This document shows, one piece after another, positions 19,569-28,510 of a stretch of 64,000 nt of DNA. The notes beneath the pieces were generated by a model. The model had not been told where the DNA came from. It did not search any database and was given only the letters and a program-made list of their open reading frames with translations. The stretch is from an uncultured Gemmatimonadales bacterium (GTDB lineage Bacteria; Gemmatimonadota; Gemmatimonadetes; Gemmatimonadales; Gemmatimonadaceae): contig CAWKNZ010000002.1 of NCBI GenBank assembly GCA_963851265.1, positions 1,088,001 to 1,152,000 on the forward strand, in the 5' to 3' direction. The translations under genes were made by a program, and so were the position numbers. Each line of letters starts with the position of its first letter. Within the stretch, counting starts at the first letter, position 1.

Positions 19569-20747
19569 ATGGGAGGCGTCGCGAGCGGCCCCGCGCCTCG
19601 GCGCGTCGCGATCGTGCACGAATGGCTCGTCAACTACGCCGGGTCGGAGCGCGTGCTCGAGCAGCTGCTCCTGCTGTTCCCGCACGCGGACCTGTTCGCG
19701 GTGGTCGACTTCGTGCCCCCCGACGAGCGCGCGTTCCTCGGCGGCCGCCGCGCGCGGACGACGTTCGTGCAGCGGCTGCCATTTGCGCGCACGCGCTACC
19801 GCACGTATCTGCCGCTCATGCCGCTCGCCATCGAGCAGCTGGACGTGTCCGCATACGACCTCGTGATCTCGAGCAGTCACGCGGTGGCGAAAGGCGTACT
19901 CGTCGGGCCGGACACGCTGCACGTGTGCTACTGCCACACCCCGCTCCGCTACGCCTGGGAACTGCAGCACGCGTATCTGCGGGATAGTGGGCTCGCGAAT
20001 GGCGTCGCCGGGTGGGCGGCGCGGTGGATGCTTCACCGCCTGCGCATGTGGGACGTCCGGTCGTCGACCGGCGTGGACGCGTTCGTCGCCAACTCGGCGT
20101 TCGTCGCTCGCCGCATTCGCAAGGCGTATCGGCGCGATGCGGGCGTGATCTATCCGCCGGTCGACGTCGAGCGGTTTCGTCCCGCGGGCGCTGGACGCGG
20201 GAATTACTACGTGACCGCGTCGCGCTTCGTCCCGTACAAGCGCGTCGGGATGATCGTCGACGCGTTCCGCGCGCTACCGGATCGCGAGCTGGTCGTGATC
20301 GGCGACGGACCGCAGCGCCGGGAGATCGAGCGCCTGGCGGGCCCGAACGTGCGCGTACTCGGGCACGTGCCCGGGGCCGAGTTACGGGGCTGGATCGCGG
20401 GGGCGCGCGCGTTCCTCTTCGCCGCCGTCGAGGATTTCGGGATCGCGCCGGTCGAGGCGCAGGCTGCCGGCACGCCGGTGATCGCCTACGGCGAGGGCGG
20501 CGTGTGCGAGACGATTCCGGGTCTCGATGCGTTGGAACCGTGCGGGGTTCTGTATGCCGAGCAGACGGCCGCGTCACTCGCCGACGCGGTGCGCCGGTTC
20601 GAAGCGACGGGGGACCTCATCACCGCGGCCGCCTGCCGCAGCAACGCCGTGCGCTTCTCCGCCGATCGGTTCCGGGCGGAGTTCGCCGCGTTCGTCGACG
20701 CGGCGCTCGCGGCGGAGCGAACGGCGGCGCGCGCCGCCGGCGCCTAA
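19569..20747 (+). CDS. Glycosyltransferase family 4 (WbaZ-like)
   Basis: HEWLVNYAGSERVL, YCHTPLRYAW, SRFVPYKR, EDFGIAPVEAQAAGTPV. Confidence 0.93.
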   Translation: MGGVASGPAPRRVAIVHEWLVNYAGSERVLEQLLLLFPHADLFAVVDFVPPDERAFLGGRRARTTFVQRLPFARTRYRTYLPLMPLAIEQLDVSAYDLVISSSHAVAKGVLVGPDTLHVCYCHTPLRYAWELQHAYLRDSGLANGVAGWAARWMLHRLRMWDVRSSTGVDAFVANSAFVARRIRKAYRRDAGVIYPPVDVERFRPAGAGRGNYYVTASRFVPYKRVGMIVDAFRALPDRELVVIGDGPQRREIERLAGPNVRVLGHVPGAELRGWIAGARAFLFAAVEDFGIAPVEAQAAGTPVIAYGEGGVCETIPGLDALEPCGVLYAEQTAASLADAVRRFEATGDLITAAACRSNAVRFSADRFRAEFAAFVDAALAAERTAARAAGA

Positions 20748-20757
20748 CGCGCGACTG

Positions 20758-21723
20758 TCAGGTCGCGCCGCGCCGCTGGAGTACGGCGCCGACCGTCTTG
20801 AGCAGGATGACGGCGTCGTGCCGGAGCGACCAGCCGCGCACGTAGGCGACCTCGATCGCGGCGCGTTGCGGGTAGACGACCCGGCTGCGGCCCGCGACGG
20901 CCCAGGCGCCCGTGATCCCGGGGCGCATCGAGAGCAGGACCGCGCGGTCGGCCGCGCCATACTGGAACAGCTCCTGCGCGACGATCGGTCGCGGGCCGAC
21001 CAGCGACATGTCGCCCCGCACGACGTTCCAGAGCTGCGGCAACTCGTCGAGGCTCGACACGCGAAGTAGCCGTCCGATGCGCGTCACCCGCACGTCGGTC
21101 GACGACGGCAGCTTGAAGTCGCTCGCGACGTATGCGGCGCGGAGGCGCGGGTCGGCATGGAGACGCGCCTCCGCGTCGGCGCACATCGTCCGGAGCTTGT
21201 AACACGTGAAGAACCGGCCGCCCCGGCCGATCCGTTGCTGCGAGAATAGCACCCGCCCGGGCGACTCGAGGCGGACCGCCGCCGCGAGCACCAGCAGCAG
21301 CGGGGCGACGAGCAGAAGCGCCAGCGTTGCGATGACGACGTCGACCACGCGCTTGACTCGAAGGCCCCAGACCGCCGGGTGCGGAAGGTCGACGAGTGCG
21401 ACGACGCGTCCTTCGGGTTGCGCGCGGGCTCCGCGCCCCACCGCACCACGCGCCGCGGCGTCTGCGCGTGCGCGTACCATCGCGCCGCGGCGACGCCTTA
21501 CCGGTCCTGCGGGCGTGCCGAAAGGAGTCGCCGGTCCCGGCAGCACGGCCGGAACGGCGCCAAGCCGGTGGTCTCGTCCCGCGCGCGTCTCGCCGTCGTG
21601 CGCGTCGCGCTCGACCGCGGCGTCGTCAGCTCGGGCACGCCGGCCCGCTCGGCCCTTGGACCGATCGGGCGGGACCACAGGCTGCTCGACCGCGTTGTCG
21701 ACGCGCTCGGGGCGACTCGGCAT
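20758..21723 (-). CDS. Bacterial sugar transferase (second phosphoglycosyl transferase); start uncertain
   Basis: KRVVDVV, YKLRTM, DVRVTRIG, SLDELPQLWNV, MSLVGPRP, RPGITG. Confidence 0.9.
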   Translation of the reverse strand: MPSRPERVDNAVEQPVVPPDRSKGRAGRRARADDAAVERDAHDGETRAGRDHRLGAVPAVLPGPATPFGTPAGPVRRRRGAMVRARADAAARGAVGRGARAQPEGRVVALVDLPHPAVWGLRVKRVVDVVIATLALLLVAPLLLVLAAAVRLESPGRVLFSQQRIGRGGRFFTCYKLRTMCADAEARLHADPRLRAAYVASDFKLPSSTDVRVTRIGRLLRVSSLDELPQLWNVVRGDMSLVGPRPIVAQELFQYGAADRAVLLSMRPGITGAWAVAGRSRVVYPQRAAIEVAYVRGWSLRHDAVILLKTVGAVLQRRGAT

Positions 21724-22092
21724 GCAATGGGAGTGACGGGTGGCTTGGGTGGAGATCGTGGCGATCCGGACGCCGCCGCTCCCAACGTAACGCGTACATC
21801 TCGGGGCAGGTAGCAGCCCAGGCGCAGGTGCCGCAACTGCGTGCCGGTCGCGCCGCCCCCAGCCCCCGCCGCGGGGCAGGGGTCGGCGCGTGCGTCACAG
21901 CGACTGCGTCACTTCTCGTCCCGGCCGCGGTCGACACGTCTACACAGGGCACGTGACCGCGTTCCCCCAGAGGCGGACGGCTCTTGATCCTTGCGCCGCG
22001 ACGGGGGTAGCATGCACGCCGGAAACGCGGTCGTTCGGCCCGCCGCCGAGTCAGGTCCGGGTCCGACGCCCGCTTCCCTCTCACTTTTTTTG

Positions 22093-22854
22093 ATGTTTTT
22101 CGTCCGACGTCCGCCCGCCGCCATGCGGCGCCTGGGCCTGCGCCGCCGGTTGTACACGCACTCCGCCCTTGTACGCGTCGCGGTTGTGCTACTCGCGTGG
22201 CCCGCTGCAGCCTCGGGACAGCGCGCCGCGGGCGACACCGCCGCGCCTGTTGTCGGCTCCGCGCGCGCGTCCCTGGGCGCCGACTCCACCGCGGCGGCCG
22301 CGCGCCGCGCTGCCGCGGTTGCGATCGCGGTGGGAGATCGCATCCGCGTGCGCGTGTGGCGCGAACCGACGCTGGGCGACACCGTGACGGTGGACGAGCG
22401 CGGCGAGGTCGTGCTGCCGCGTCTCGGCAGCGTGCGCGTCGAGGGCCGGACGATCACCAGCCTGCAAGACACGCTGCGGGCCCGCTTCTCCGAATACCTC
22501 CGGAACCCGAGCGTCGAGGTGACCGTGCTCCGGCGGGTGAGCGTGCAGGGCGAGGTCCGGTCGCCCAACGTGTACTACGTCGACGCAACGGAAACCGCTC
22601 GCGAGGTACTCGCCCACGCGGGTGGGATCACGGAGATCGGTGATCCGAACAACATCGTGATCTCGCGCGACGGTCGGACGATCCCGCTCGGGCGGTGGCG
22701 CGACGGCGGCTCGCTGTCGGCCGATCTGCGGTCGGGCGACCAGCTGATCGTCGGGCGGACGAGTTGGTTCTCGCGGAACGCCCTCGCGGTCGTCAGTACG
22801 GTCGGCCTGATCGTCACGGTGGCCATTCAGGTGATCAATGCCCGTCGGAACTGA
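22093..22854 (+). CDS. wza: Polysaccharide export protein (Wza/OPX-like); start 22093 or 22123
   Basis: GDRIRVRVW...VDERGEVVLPRLG (Poly_export), VSVQGEVRSP, HAGGIT (SLBB), C-terminal hydrophobic helix. Confidence 0.85.
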   Translation: MFFVRRPPAAMRRLGLRRRLYTHSALVRVAVVLLAWPAAASGQRAAGDTAAPVVGSARASLGADSTAAAARRAAAVAIAVGDRIRVRVWREPTLGDTVTVDERGEVVLPRLGSVRVEGRTITSLQDTLRARFSEYLRNPSVEVTVLRRVSVQGEVRSPNVYYVDATETAREVLAHAGGITEIGDPNNIVISRDGRTIPLGRWRDGGSLSADLRSGDQLIVGRTSWFSRNALAVVSTVGLIVTVAIQVINARRN

Positions 22855-25054
22855 AGACGGCGCGCGCGTCGCGGTCGCCGACGCGATGCGTGGCGTGCCG
22901 CACGCACCGACCGGGAGCGACGCCGACAGCGTCGACCTGGTCGAGATCGGTCGCGGCATCCGCCGGAACTGGGCGACGGTGCTGGCGACAGCCGTCCTCG
23001 GTGTGCTCGCGGCGCTGGCGGTGGTGGTCTTCGTGCCGCCGCGTTACCACGGCGCCGCCACCGTGCTCGTCCGGAGCGCGAACGCGAACGGCGCGTCGCT
23101 GCTCTCCCGGCTCGGCTCCGCGGGCGACCTTGCCGCCTCGGCCGGTGCCGGCGGCATCGGCAACGCCTTGTCGACGCCGCTCGAAACCGAGCTGCGCATT
23201 CTGGACAGCCGGGACGTCCTCGGGCAGGTCGTCGACTCACTCGGGCTGCAAGCGCGCGTGCTCTCGCCGCGCGGTGTCGCCGCCGCGCGGCTGCTCGCGC
23301 CCGCGCGATATCCCGGAGCGTTCAGGCCCGTCGCGTACACCTTCACGCCGTCGGGCGCGTCGACCTACCAGGTCAGCGGACCGACCGGACCGCTCGGATC
23401 GGTGCGAGCCGGAACGAACATCACGCTCCCGCAGGTCGGCGCGGTCACGGTCGTGCCGACGGCCGCCGCCGTAGCGGGTCCGTTTCGCGTCGACTTCGAG
23501 GACCGTGAGGACGCGATCACACGACTCGCCAAGCGGGTCACGGTCGACAAGAAAGGGGGAGAGCTCGCGAGCGTGGATTACTCGGGGCCGGATTCGCTCA
23601 CCGCGGCGGACGTCCCCAACACGCTCGTCGCGGTCTACCTCCAGCGGCGCCGCACGGTGGATCGCGGCACCAACCAGCGCCGGTTCGAGTTTCTCACCAC
23701 GCAGGCCGACAGCCTGCAGCGCGCGCTGCGTGTGGCGGAGGACGCGCTTCGCGCGCAGCAGGATGCGAGCGGGCTGTACGATCCGGACGTCGTCGGAAAG
23801 TCGGAAATCGAGGCGCTGCAGGCGTTGCAGACGCGGCTGAGCGATGCCGAGACGGAGCGCTCGTCGGCGCGGCGCGCCGTGGAGCAGGCGGAGCGGGGTG
23901 CGATCGCGCCGCGTCAGCTGACGGCCTTCCCGACCTTCCTCCGGAGCCCGGCGATCAACTCGCTGTTGACCCAGCTCACGCAGCTCGAGACACAGCGCGA
24001 CACGCTGCTCGAGCGGCGGACCGAGCGGGATCCGCAGGTGATCGCACTCGCGCAGAGCATCGCCCAGATCGAACGGCAGTTCGTTCCGCTCGCCCGGACG
24101 TACGCCGCGTCGCTCGATCGGCAGGCCGCGGAGCTCACGCGAGAGTCGGGTGTGCTCGAGAGCCGCCTCACCGCGCTCCCGGGCCAAGCTCTCGCAAACG
24201 TGCGCCGGCAACGCGAGGTCCGCCGGCTTTCGCAGACGGTTCTCGGTCTGCAGTCCGAACTCATCGACGTCCGACTCTCTGCGATGGGGGAGGGAGGGCA
24301 GGTCCGCCAGGTGGACGTCGCGTACCCGCCGAAAGACGTCGGATTCCCGCGCCCTCTGCTGACCGTCGCCGCGGGATTCGTGGCCGGATTGATCGTCGGC
24401 GCCTTGATCGCGGCCGTGCGAGCGTTGCTCGCGACGCGTCTGGTCACCGCGGCCGACGTCGAACGTGCGACGGGGCTGCCAGTCTACGAGTTCGACGACC
24501 GTCGTCCGCTGCTCGCGGTTGCGCGCTGGCGCGGCGTGCTCACGCTCGTCCCCGTCCCGGCCGGTGCGCCCCTCGCGGTCGACGCGCTAGCGCGTGCGAT
24601 CGCCGAGCAGGCGCGCACGGCGGGGCGCGACGCCGTCGCCCTGGACCACATCGCCGCCGTGGCGCGTGTGACGGGAACCCCGGTCGGCGACGCGCCGAAC
24701 GCGTCGTCGGCGCGTCCGGGTCTGCTCGTGGCGGGTGGCGTCGCACTCGATGACGCGCGCGCGCTCGCGCTGCTGGATGCCACGGACGCGGTGCTCCTGT
24801 GCGCGTCGCCCGGCCGCACGCGCCGCGCAGCGCTCGTCGACGCCGCGACGACACTGGCGGGCGCCGGCATCCCGTGCGACGGCGTCCTGCTCGTGTTGCG
24901 CCCACCGGCCGCGCGTTCGTCGGTCGGCGACGGTGAGCGTTCGGCCGAGTCGCCGGGGCGGCGATCCGTTGAGGTGAGCCGCACGCTCGCGGGCAACGGC
25001 GCGGCAAGCGATCCCGCGACGAACGGCGGCTCGCACGTCGGCGGTCGGCACTGA
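22838..25054 (+). CDS. wzc: Wzc/GumC-like polysaccharide co-polymerase with degenerate kinase domain
   Basis: N-terminal TM, coiled-coil periplasmic region, VDVAYPP...PRP plus second TM, DVERATGLPV; no GK(S/T) Walker A and no Tyr cluster. Confidence 0.8.
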   Translation: MPVGTEDGARVAVADAMRGVPHAPTGSDADSVDLVEIGRGIRRNWATVLATAVLGVLAALAVVVFVPPRYHGAATVLVRSANANGASLLSRLGSAGDLAASAGAGGIGNALSTPLETELRILDSRDVLGQVVDSLGLQARVLSPRGVAAARLLAPARYPGAFRPVAYTFTPSGASTYQVSGPTGPLGSVRAGTNITLPQVGAVTVVPTAAAVAGPFRVDFEDREDAITRLAKRVTVDKKGGELASVDYSGPDSLTAADVPNTLVAVYLQRRRTVDRGTNQRRFEFLTTQADSLQRALRVAEDALRAQQDASGLYDPDVVGKSEIEALQALQTRLSDAETERSSARRAVEQAERGAIAPRQLTAFPTFLRSPAINSLLTQLTQLETQRDTLLERRTERDPQVIALAQSIAQIERQFVPLARTYAASLDRQAAELTRESGVLESRLTALPGQALANVRRQREVRRLSQTVLGLQSELIDVRLSAMGEGGQVRQVDVAYPPKDVGFPRPLLTVAAGFVAGLIVGALIAAVRALLATRLVTAADVERATGLPVYEFDDRRPLLAVARWRGVLTLVPVPAGAPLAVDALARAIAEQARTAGRDAVALDHIAAVARVTGTPVGDAPNASSARPGLLVAGGVALDDARALALLDATDAVLLCASPGRTRRAALVDAATTLAGAGIPCDGVLLVLRPPAARSSVGDGERSAESPGRRSVEVSRTLAGNGAASDPATNGGSHVGGRH

Positions 25055-25076
25055 TGCCGTTGCCGCGCGTCGCCGA

Positions 25077-26450
25077 ATGCCCGCGCCCGCGGCATCGCGC
25101 GTGACTACCGCGTCGCTCGCGCCGCTCGGGCGGCCGCTGTCGCTCCCGGCCCTTCGCACGCGCGCCGGGATCCGGCCGATCCGCCTCGTTCACTTCTGCA
25201 TCGTGATCATGGCGGCCGGCAATCTCGGCCGCTTGCCTGCGCTTTGGGTGCTCGGCCGAGACACGCCGATCCTGCCGCACGAAATCGTGCTGCTTGGAAC
25301 GCTGCTGGTCGCGGCGCTCGCGTGCGTCCAGGCGCGCGCGCTTCGCGTCGACGGCGTGATCGGTGCGGCGGCCGCGTTCGCCGTGGTCGGCCTCGGCTCC
25401 GCAGTCGCGACTGCGTTACGCCTCGGGCTCGGTGCGGCCGACCTGTTGTACGCGCTCGCGTACCTCGCCCGGTGGCTGGCGTACGTGGCGCTCTACGTCG
25501 CGATCGTCAACGTGGGCCGAGGCGCCGACGCCGAGGCGCTGTGGACGACGGTCGAACGCACCGTGCTCGCCTTCGCCGCATTCGGCGTCGTGCAGGCGCT
25601 CGTGATTCCGGGCTTCGCGCAGCGCGTGTTCCCCACCGGCGGTGACACGGCGGGGTGGGACGTGCAGGGCCATCGGCTCGTGTCGACGCTGCTCGACCCC
25701 AACTTCGCCGGAGCGTTCATCGTCCTACCGCTCCTGGTCATGCTCGGGCGGCTCTCGTTCGGCGTGCCCGTTCGCGCGTGGAAGCCGCTGCTGCTCATCA
25801 CGAGCGTGCTGCTGACCGCGTCGCGCAGCAGCATCCTCGCGCTGATCGTCGGCGGAGGCGTCATCGTGCTCGCGCGCGGTATCTCGCGTCGACTCGTTCG
25901 GTTCGCCGCCCTCGCGCTCGCGTTGACAGTGCCGTTCGTTCCGCTCCTCGTGCAGTTCGGGCAGCAGTACAACAAGTTCGGCATCGACGGCTCGGCGTTG
26001 TTGCGACTGGTCGCGTGGCTGCGCGCGCTGGTCGTGCTGTCGGACTACCCGGTGTTCGGCGTGGGCTTCAACACGTACGGATACGTGCAGGCGAGCTACG
26101 GCTGGGCGTTGATCGGGCGCGACGGATTCGGCCTCGACGGCGGCCTGCTGTTCATCGCCGTGCTGACCGGTGCCGTGGGACTGACCGCGTACGTCGCCAT
26201 GCTCGCCGCCGTGGTACGTCGGTCGCGCCGCCTCTGGCGCGACTCGAGTGCTCCGCTCGCGGTCCGCGGGACGGCGCTCGGCGTCGGCGCCGGCGTTCCG
26301 GCCATCTGTGTCCACAGCATCTTCGTCAACAGCATACTGCTGCCCTGGATCGTCGCGATGCTGTCCGTGCTGTGGGGGATCGTCTACCTGATGAACCGCC
26401 GGCAGGCCACCGCGCGAACGCTCGCCGGCGTCGGGGCCGCGTTCGCATGA
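25077..26450 (+). CDS. O-antigen ligase/Wzy_C family membrane protein
   Basis: Multi-TM; RLVSTLLDPNFAG, LTASRSS, PVFGVGFNTY. Confidence 0.8.
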   Translation: MPAPAASRVTTASLAPLGRPLSLPALRTRAGIRPIRLVHFCIVIMAAGNLGRLPALWVLGRDTPILPHEIVLLGTLLVAALACVQARALRVDGVIGAAAAFAVVGLGSAVATALRLGLGAADLLYALAYLARWLAYVALYVAIVNVGRGADAEALWTTVERTVLAFAAFGVVQALVIPGFAQRVFPTGGDTAGWDVQGHRLVSTLLDPNFAGAFIVLPLLVMLGRLSFGVPVRAWKPLLLITSVLLTASRSSILALIVGGGVIVLARGISRRLVRFAALALALTVPFVPLLVQFGQQYNKFGIDGSALLRLVAWLRALVVLSDYPVFGVGFNTYGYVQASYGWALIGRDGFGLDGGLLFIAVLTGAVGLTAYVAMLAAVVRRSRRLWRDSSAPLAVRGTALGVGAGVPAICVHSIFVNSILLPWIVAMLSVLWGIVYLMNRRQATARTLAGVGAAFA

Positions 26451-27616
26451 CGCGCGTCGCGCGGGACATCACGGTGGCCGTCGACGCACGCGCGCTGCAC
26501 TCGTCCGGCATCGGGCGGTACCTCCGTGAGCTGCTCGGAATCTGGCTCCGCGACGCGTCGTTCGATCGCCTGACGCTCCTCGGCGAGCCCGACGTGCTCC
26601 GGCCTTTCATCGCCGAGCGCGAATCCGCGATGCGCGTCGACATCGTTCCGCACCGCGGCACGGCGTACTCGCCGGTCGGGCAGTGGTCGTGGGTCGCCGG
26701 CGGGCGCGGCGCGGCCGCGCAGGCCGACGTCACGTTTTTCCCGAACTGGGACGCGCCCGCAGTCGGGCTGCCGCGCCGCAGCGTCGTGACCGTGCACGAC
26801 CTGACGCCGTTCCGCGTTCCCGACGCCTTCGGGGCCGCGCGCCGCGCGGGCGGCCGGGTGCTCCTGCGGCGCGTGCTGTCGCGCGCCGCTCGCGTCGTGT
26901 GCGTGTCGCAGGCGGCCGCGGCGGACGTGCGCGCCGACTTCCCCGCGCTGACGTCGCCGATCGACGTGGTGCCTAACGGCGTCGATCCGCGGTTCGGCGA
27001 ACCGGCCGGTCCACCGCCGGTGGCGGGGCCGTACCTGCTGTGGGTCGGGAATCTCAAACCGCACAAGAACCCTACGGCCGCCCTCGACGTGCTCGCTCGC
27101 GCGCGAGCCGCCGGATGGCCCGGGCTCCGGCTCGTGTGCGTCGGGCGTGCGTTCCCCGAGCTCGAACTCGCCGATCTCGCCGCGGCGCGCGGGCTGGGAG
27201 ACGCGGTCCTCGCGCTCGGCGAGGCCGACGACGCGACGCTCTGCGCGCTCTATGCCGGGTGCGTAGCGCTGGTCTTTCCGTCGCGCGCCGAGGGGTTCGG
27301 GTTGCCCGTACTCGAGGCGATGACGGCGGGCGCGCCGGTGATCGCGTCGGGCCTGCCTGCCCTGCGCGAGGTGGTCGGAGATGCGTGGCCGCTCCACGCG
27401 CCCGACGACGTCGATTCGATGGCGCGCGCCGTGACGCAGCTACTCAGCTCGCCCGAGGCACGCGCGGCCGGGATCGCTCGGGGCCGCGCTCGCGCCGCTC
27501 ACTTCAGCTGGACGGCGAGCGCGGGCCGGACGGCAGCCATCTTTCGAGACGTCGCGGGGCCCTCTCGCGCCGAGCGCGGCCGGATCGGCGCGGCGCACCG
27601 GGCGGCGGTGGGCTGA
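26447..27616 (+). CDS. Glycosyltransferase family 4
   Basis: ATGA overlap; SGIGRY, VTVHDL, VGNLKPHKN, FPSRAEGFGLPVLEAM. Confidence 0.93.
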   Translation: MTRVARDITVAVDARALHSSGIGRYLRELLGIWLRDASFDRLTLLGEPDVLRPFIAERESAMRVDIVPHRGTAYSPVGQWSWVAGGRGAAAQADVTFFPNWDAPAVGLPRRSVVTVHDLTPFRVPDAFGAARRAGGRVLLRRVLSRAARVVCVSQAAAADVRADFPALTSPIDVVPNGVDPRFGEPAGPPPVAGPYLLWVGNLKPHKNPTAALDVLARARAAGWPGLRLVCVGRAFPELELADLAAARGLGDAVLALGEADDATLCALYAGCVALVFPSRAEGFGLPVLEAMTAGAPVIASGLPALREVVGDAWPLHAPDDVDSMARAVTQLLSSPEARAAGIARGRARAAHFSWTASAGRTAAIFRDVAGPSRAERGRIGAAHRAAVG

Positions 27617-27680
27617 GGTGTCATTACAGGTGCATGCAACTTTGCGGAAGTCGATCGGGCGCGAGTCAGCCGTCTCGAAC

Positions 27681-28502
27681 GTGATTGCGAACGGGACGCG
27701 GCGGTACGCGCCCCGACTGTCGGCCGTGGCGAACGCGCTGGCGGTCGCGGGCGGCGCGTTCGTGATCGGCGGCTGCGGTCCTTGCGACGGCGTGATCGGC
27801 TGCAACCGGAACCCCCGCCTCGACATCAGCGGTCAGTTCATCGACCGCGACGCTCCGGGCACGCCGCCGCTCGGCGGCGTGCGCGTCGAGGTGATCCGCA
27901 TCTCCGGCGTCGGCCTCAGTGCGCCGTCGGTGGTCGGGGTGAGTGACGCGACCGGCTGGTGGTCGGTGTCGATCGGCGCGGGGGCGCCCAACGCATTCGT
28001 CAACGTCGACCTGCTCGTCACGCCCCCGGCGCCCAACGCGCCATACCGTGTGCGCGCGGTCCAGTTCGCGACGACGTCGACGTACGGCGCTGGCGCACAG
28101 GTCGGGCGCTGGGTCGCGCACCCGTACATCACCTACGTGGGCCTGCTCCTCGACGCGGCCAGCGGACGCCCGATCGCGAACGCGAACGTCACCATCGTGC
28201 CGCGCGGCGGCGTGGCGATCACGCCGACGCCCGCGACGAAAATGTCGTCGCTCACCGACGAATCGGGCCAGTTCGTGTACGACGTTCGCCCGGCGGACCT
28301 GCAGCCACTGTTCGTCGACTTCTACGTCGACCGGCCCGGACTGCCCCGGGCCGTGGTCACGAACGCGCAGCTCGACCCCAGCTACGAAGACACGCCCCCG
28401 CGCGCGTTCGCCGCGAGCACCTTCACGATCGACAGCGCCGGACGGGTGTCCGGCGGGCTCACGCAGTCCCGGGCCGCCGCGCGCGCGCGCGGCTTGCGTT
28501 AG
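27681..28502 (+). CDS. Hypothetical lipoprotein with two beta-sandwich (carboxypeptidase-regulatory-like) repeats; start uncertain
   Basis: Signal-like N-terminus ending VIGGC; PLGGVRVEV...SDATGWW and PIANANVTI...TDESGQF repeats. Confidence 0.6.
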   Translation: MIANGTRRYAPRLSAVANALAVAGGAFVIGGCGPCDGVIGCNRNPRLDISGQFIDRDAPGTPPLGGVRVEVIRISGVGLSAPSVVGVSDATGWWSVSIGAGAPNAFVNVDLLVTPPAPNAPYRVRAVQFATTSTYGAGAQVGRWVAHPYITYVGLLLDAASGRPIANANVTIVPRGGVAITPTPATKMSSLTDESGQFVYDVRPADLQPLFVDFYVDRPGLPRAVVTNAQLDPSYEDTPPRAFAASTFTIDSAGRVSGGLTQSRAAARARGLR

Positions 28503-28510
28503 GCGCCGTC

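Noticed and set aside
21800..21835. ops/JUMPStart-like element upstream of wza (also GGCGGTAA near 35002)
   Set aside because: Only partial matches to GGCGGTAG, likely by chance in GC-rich DNA.
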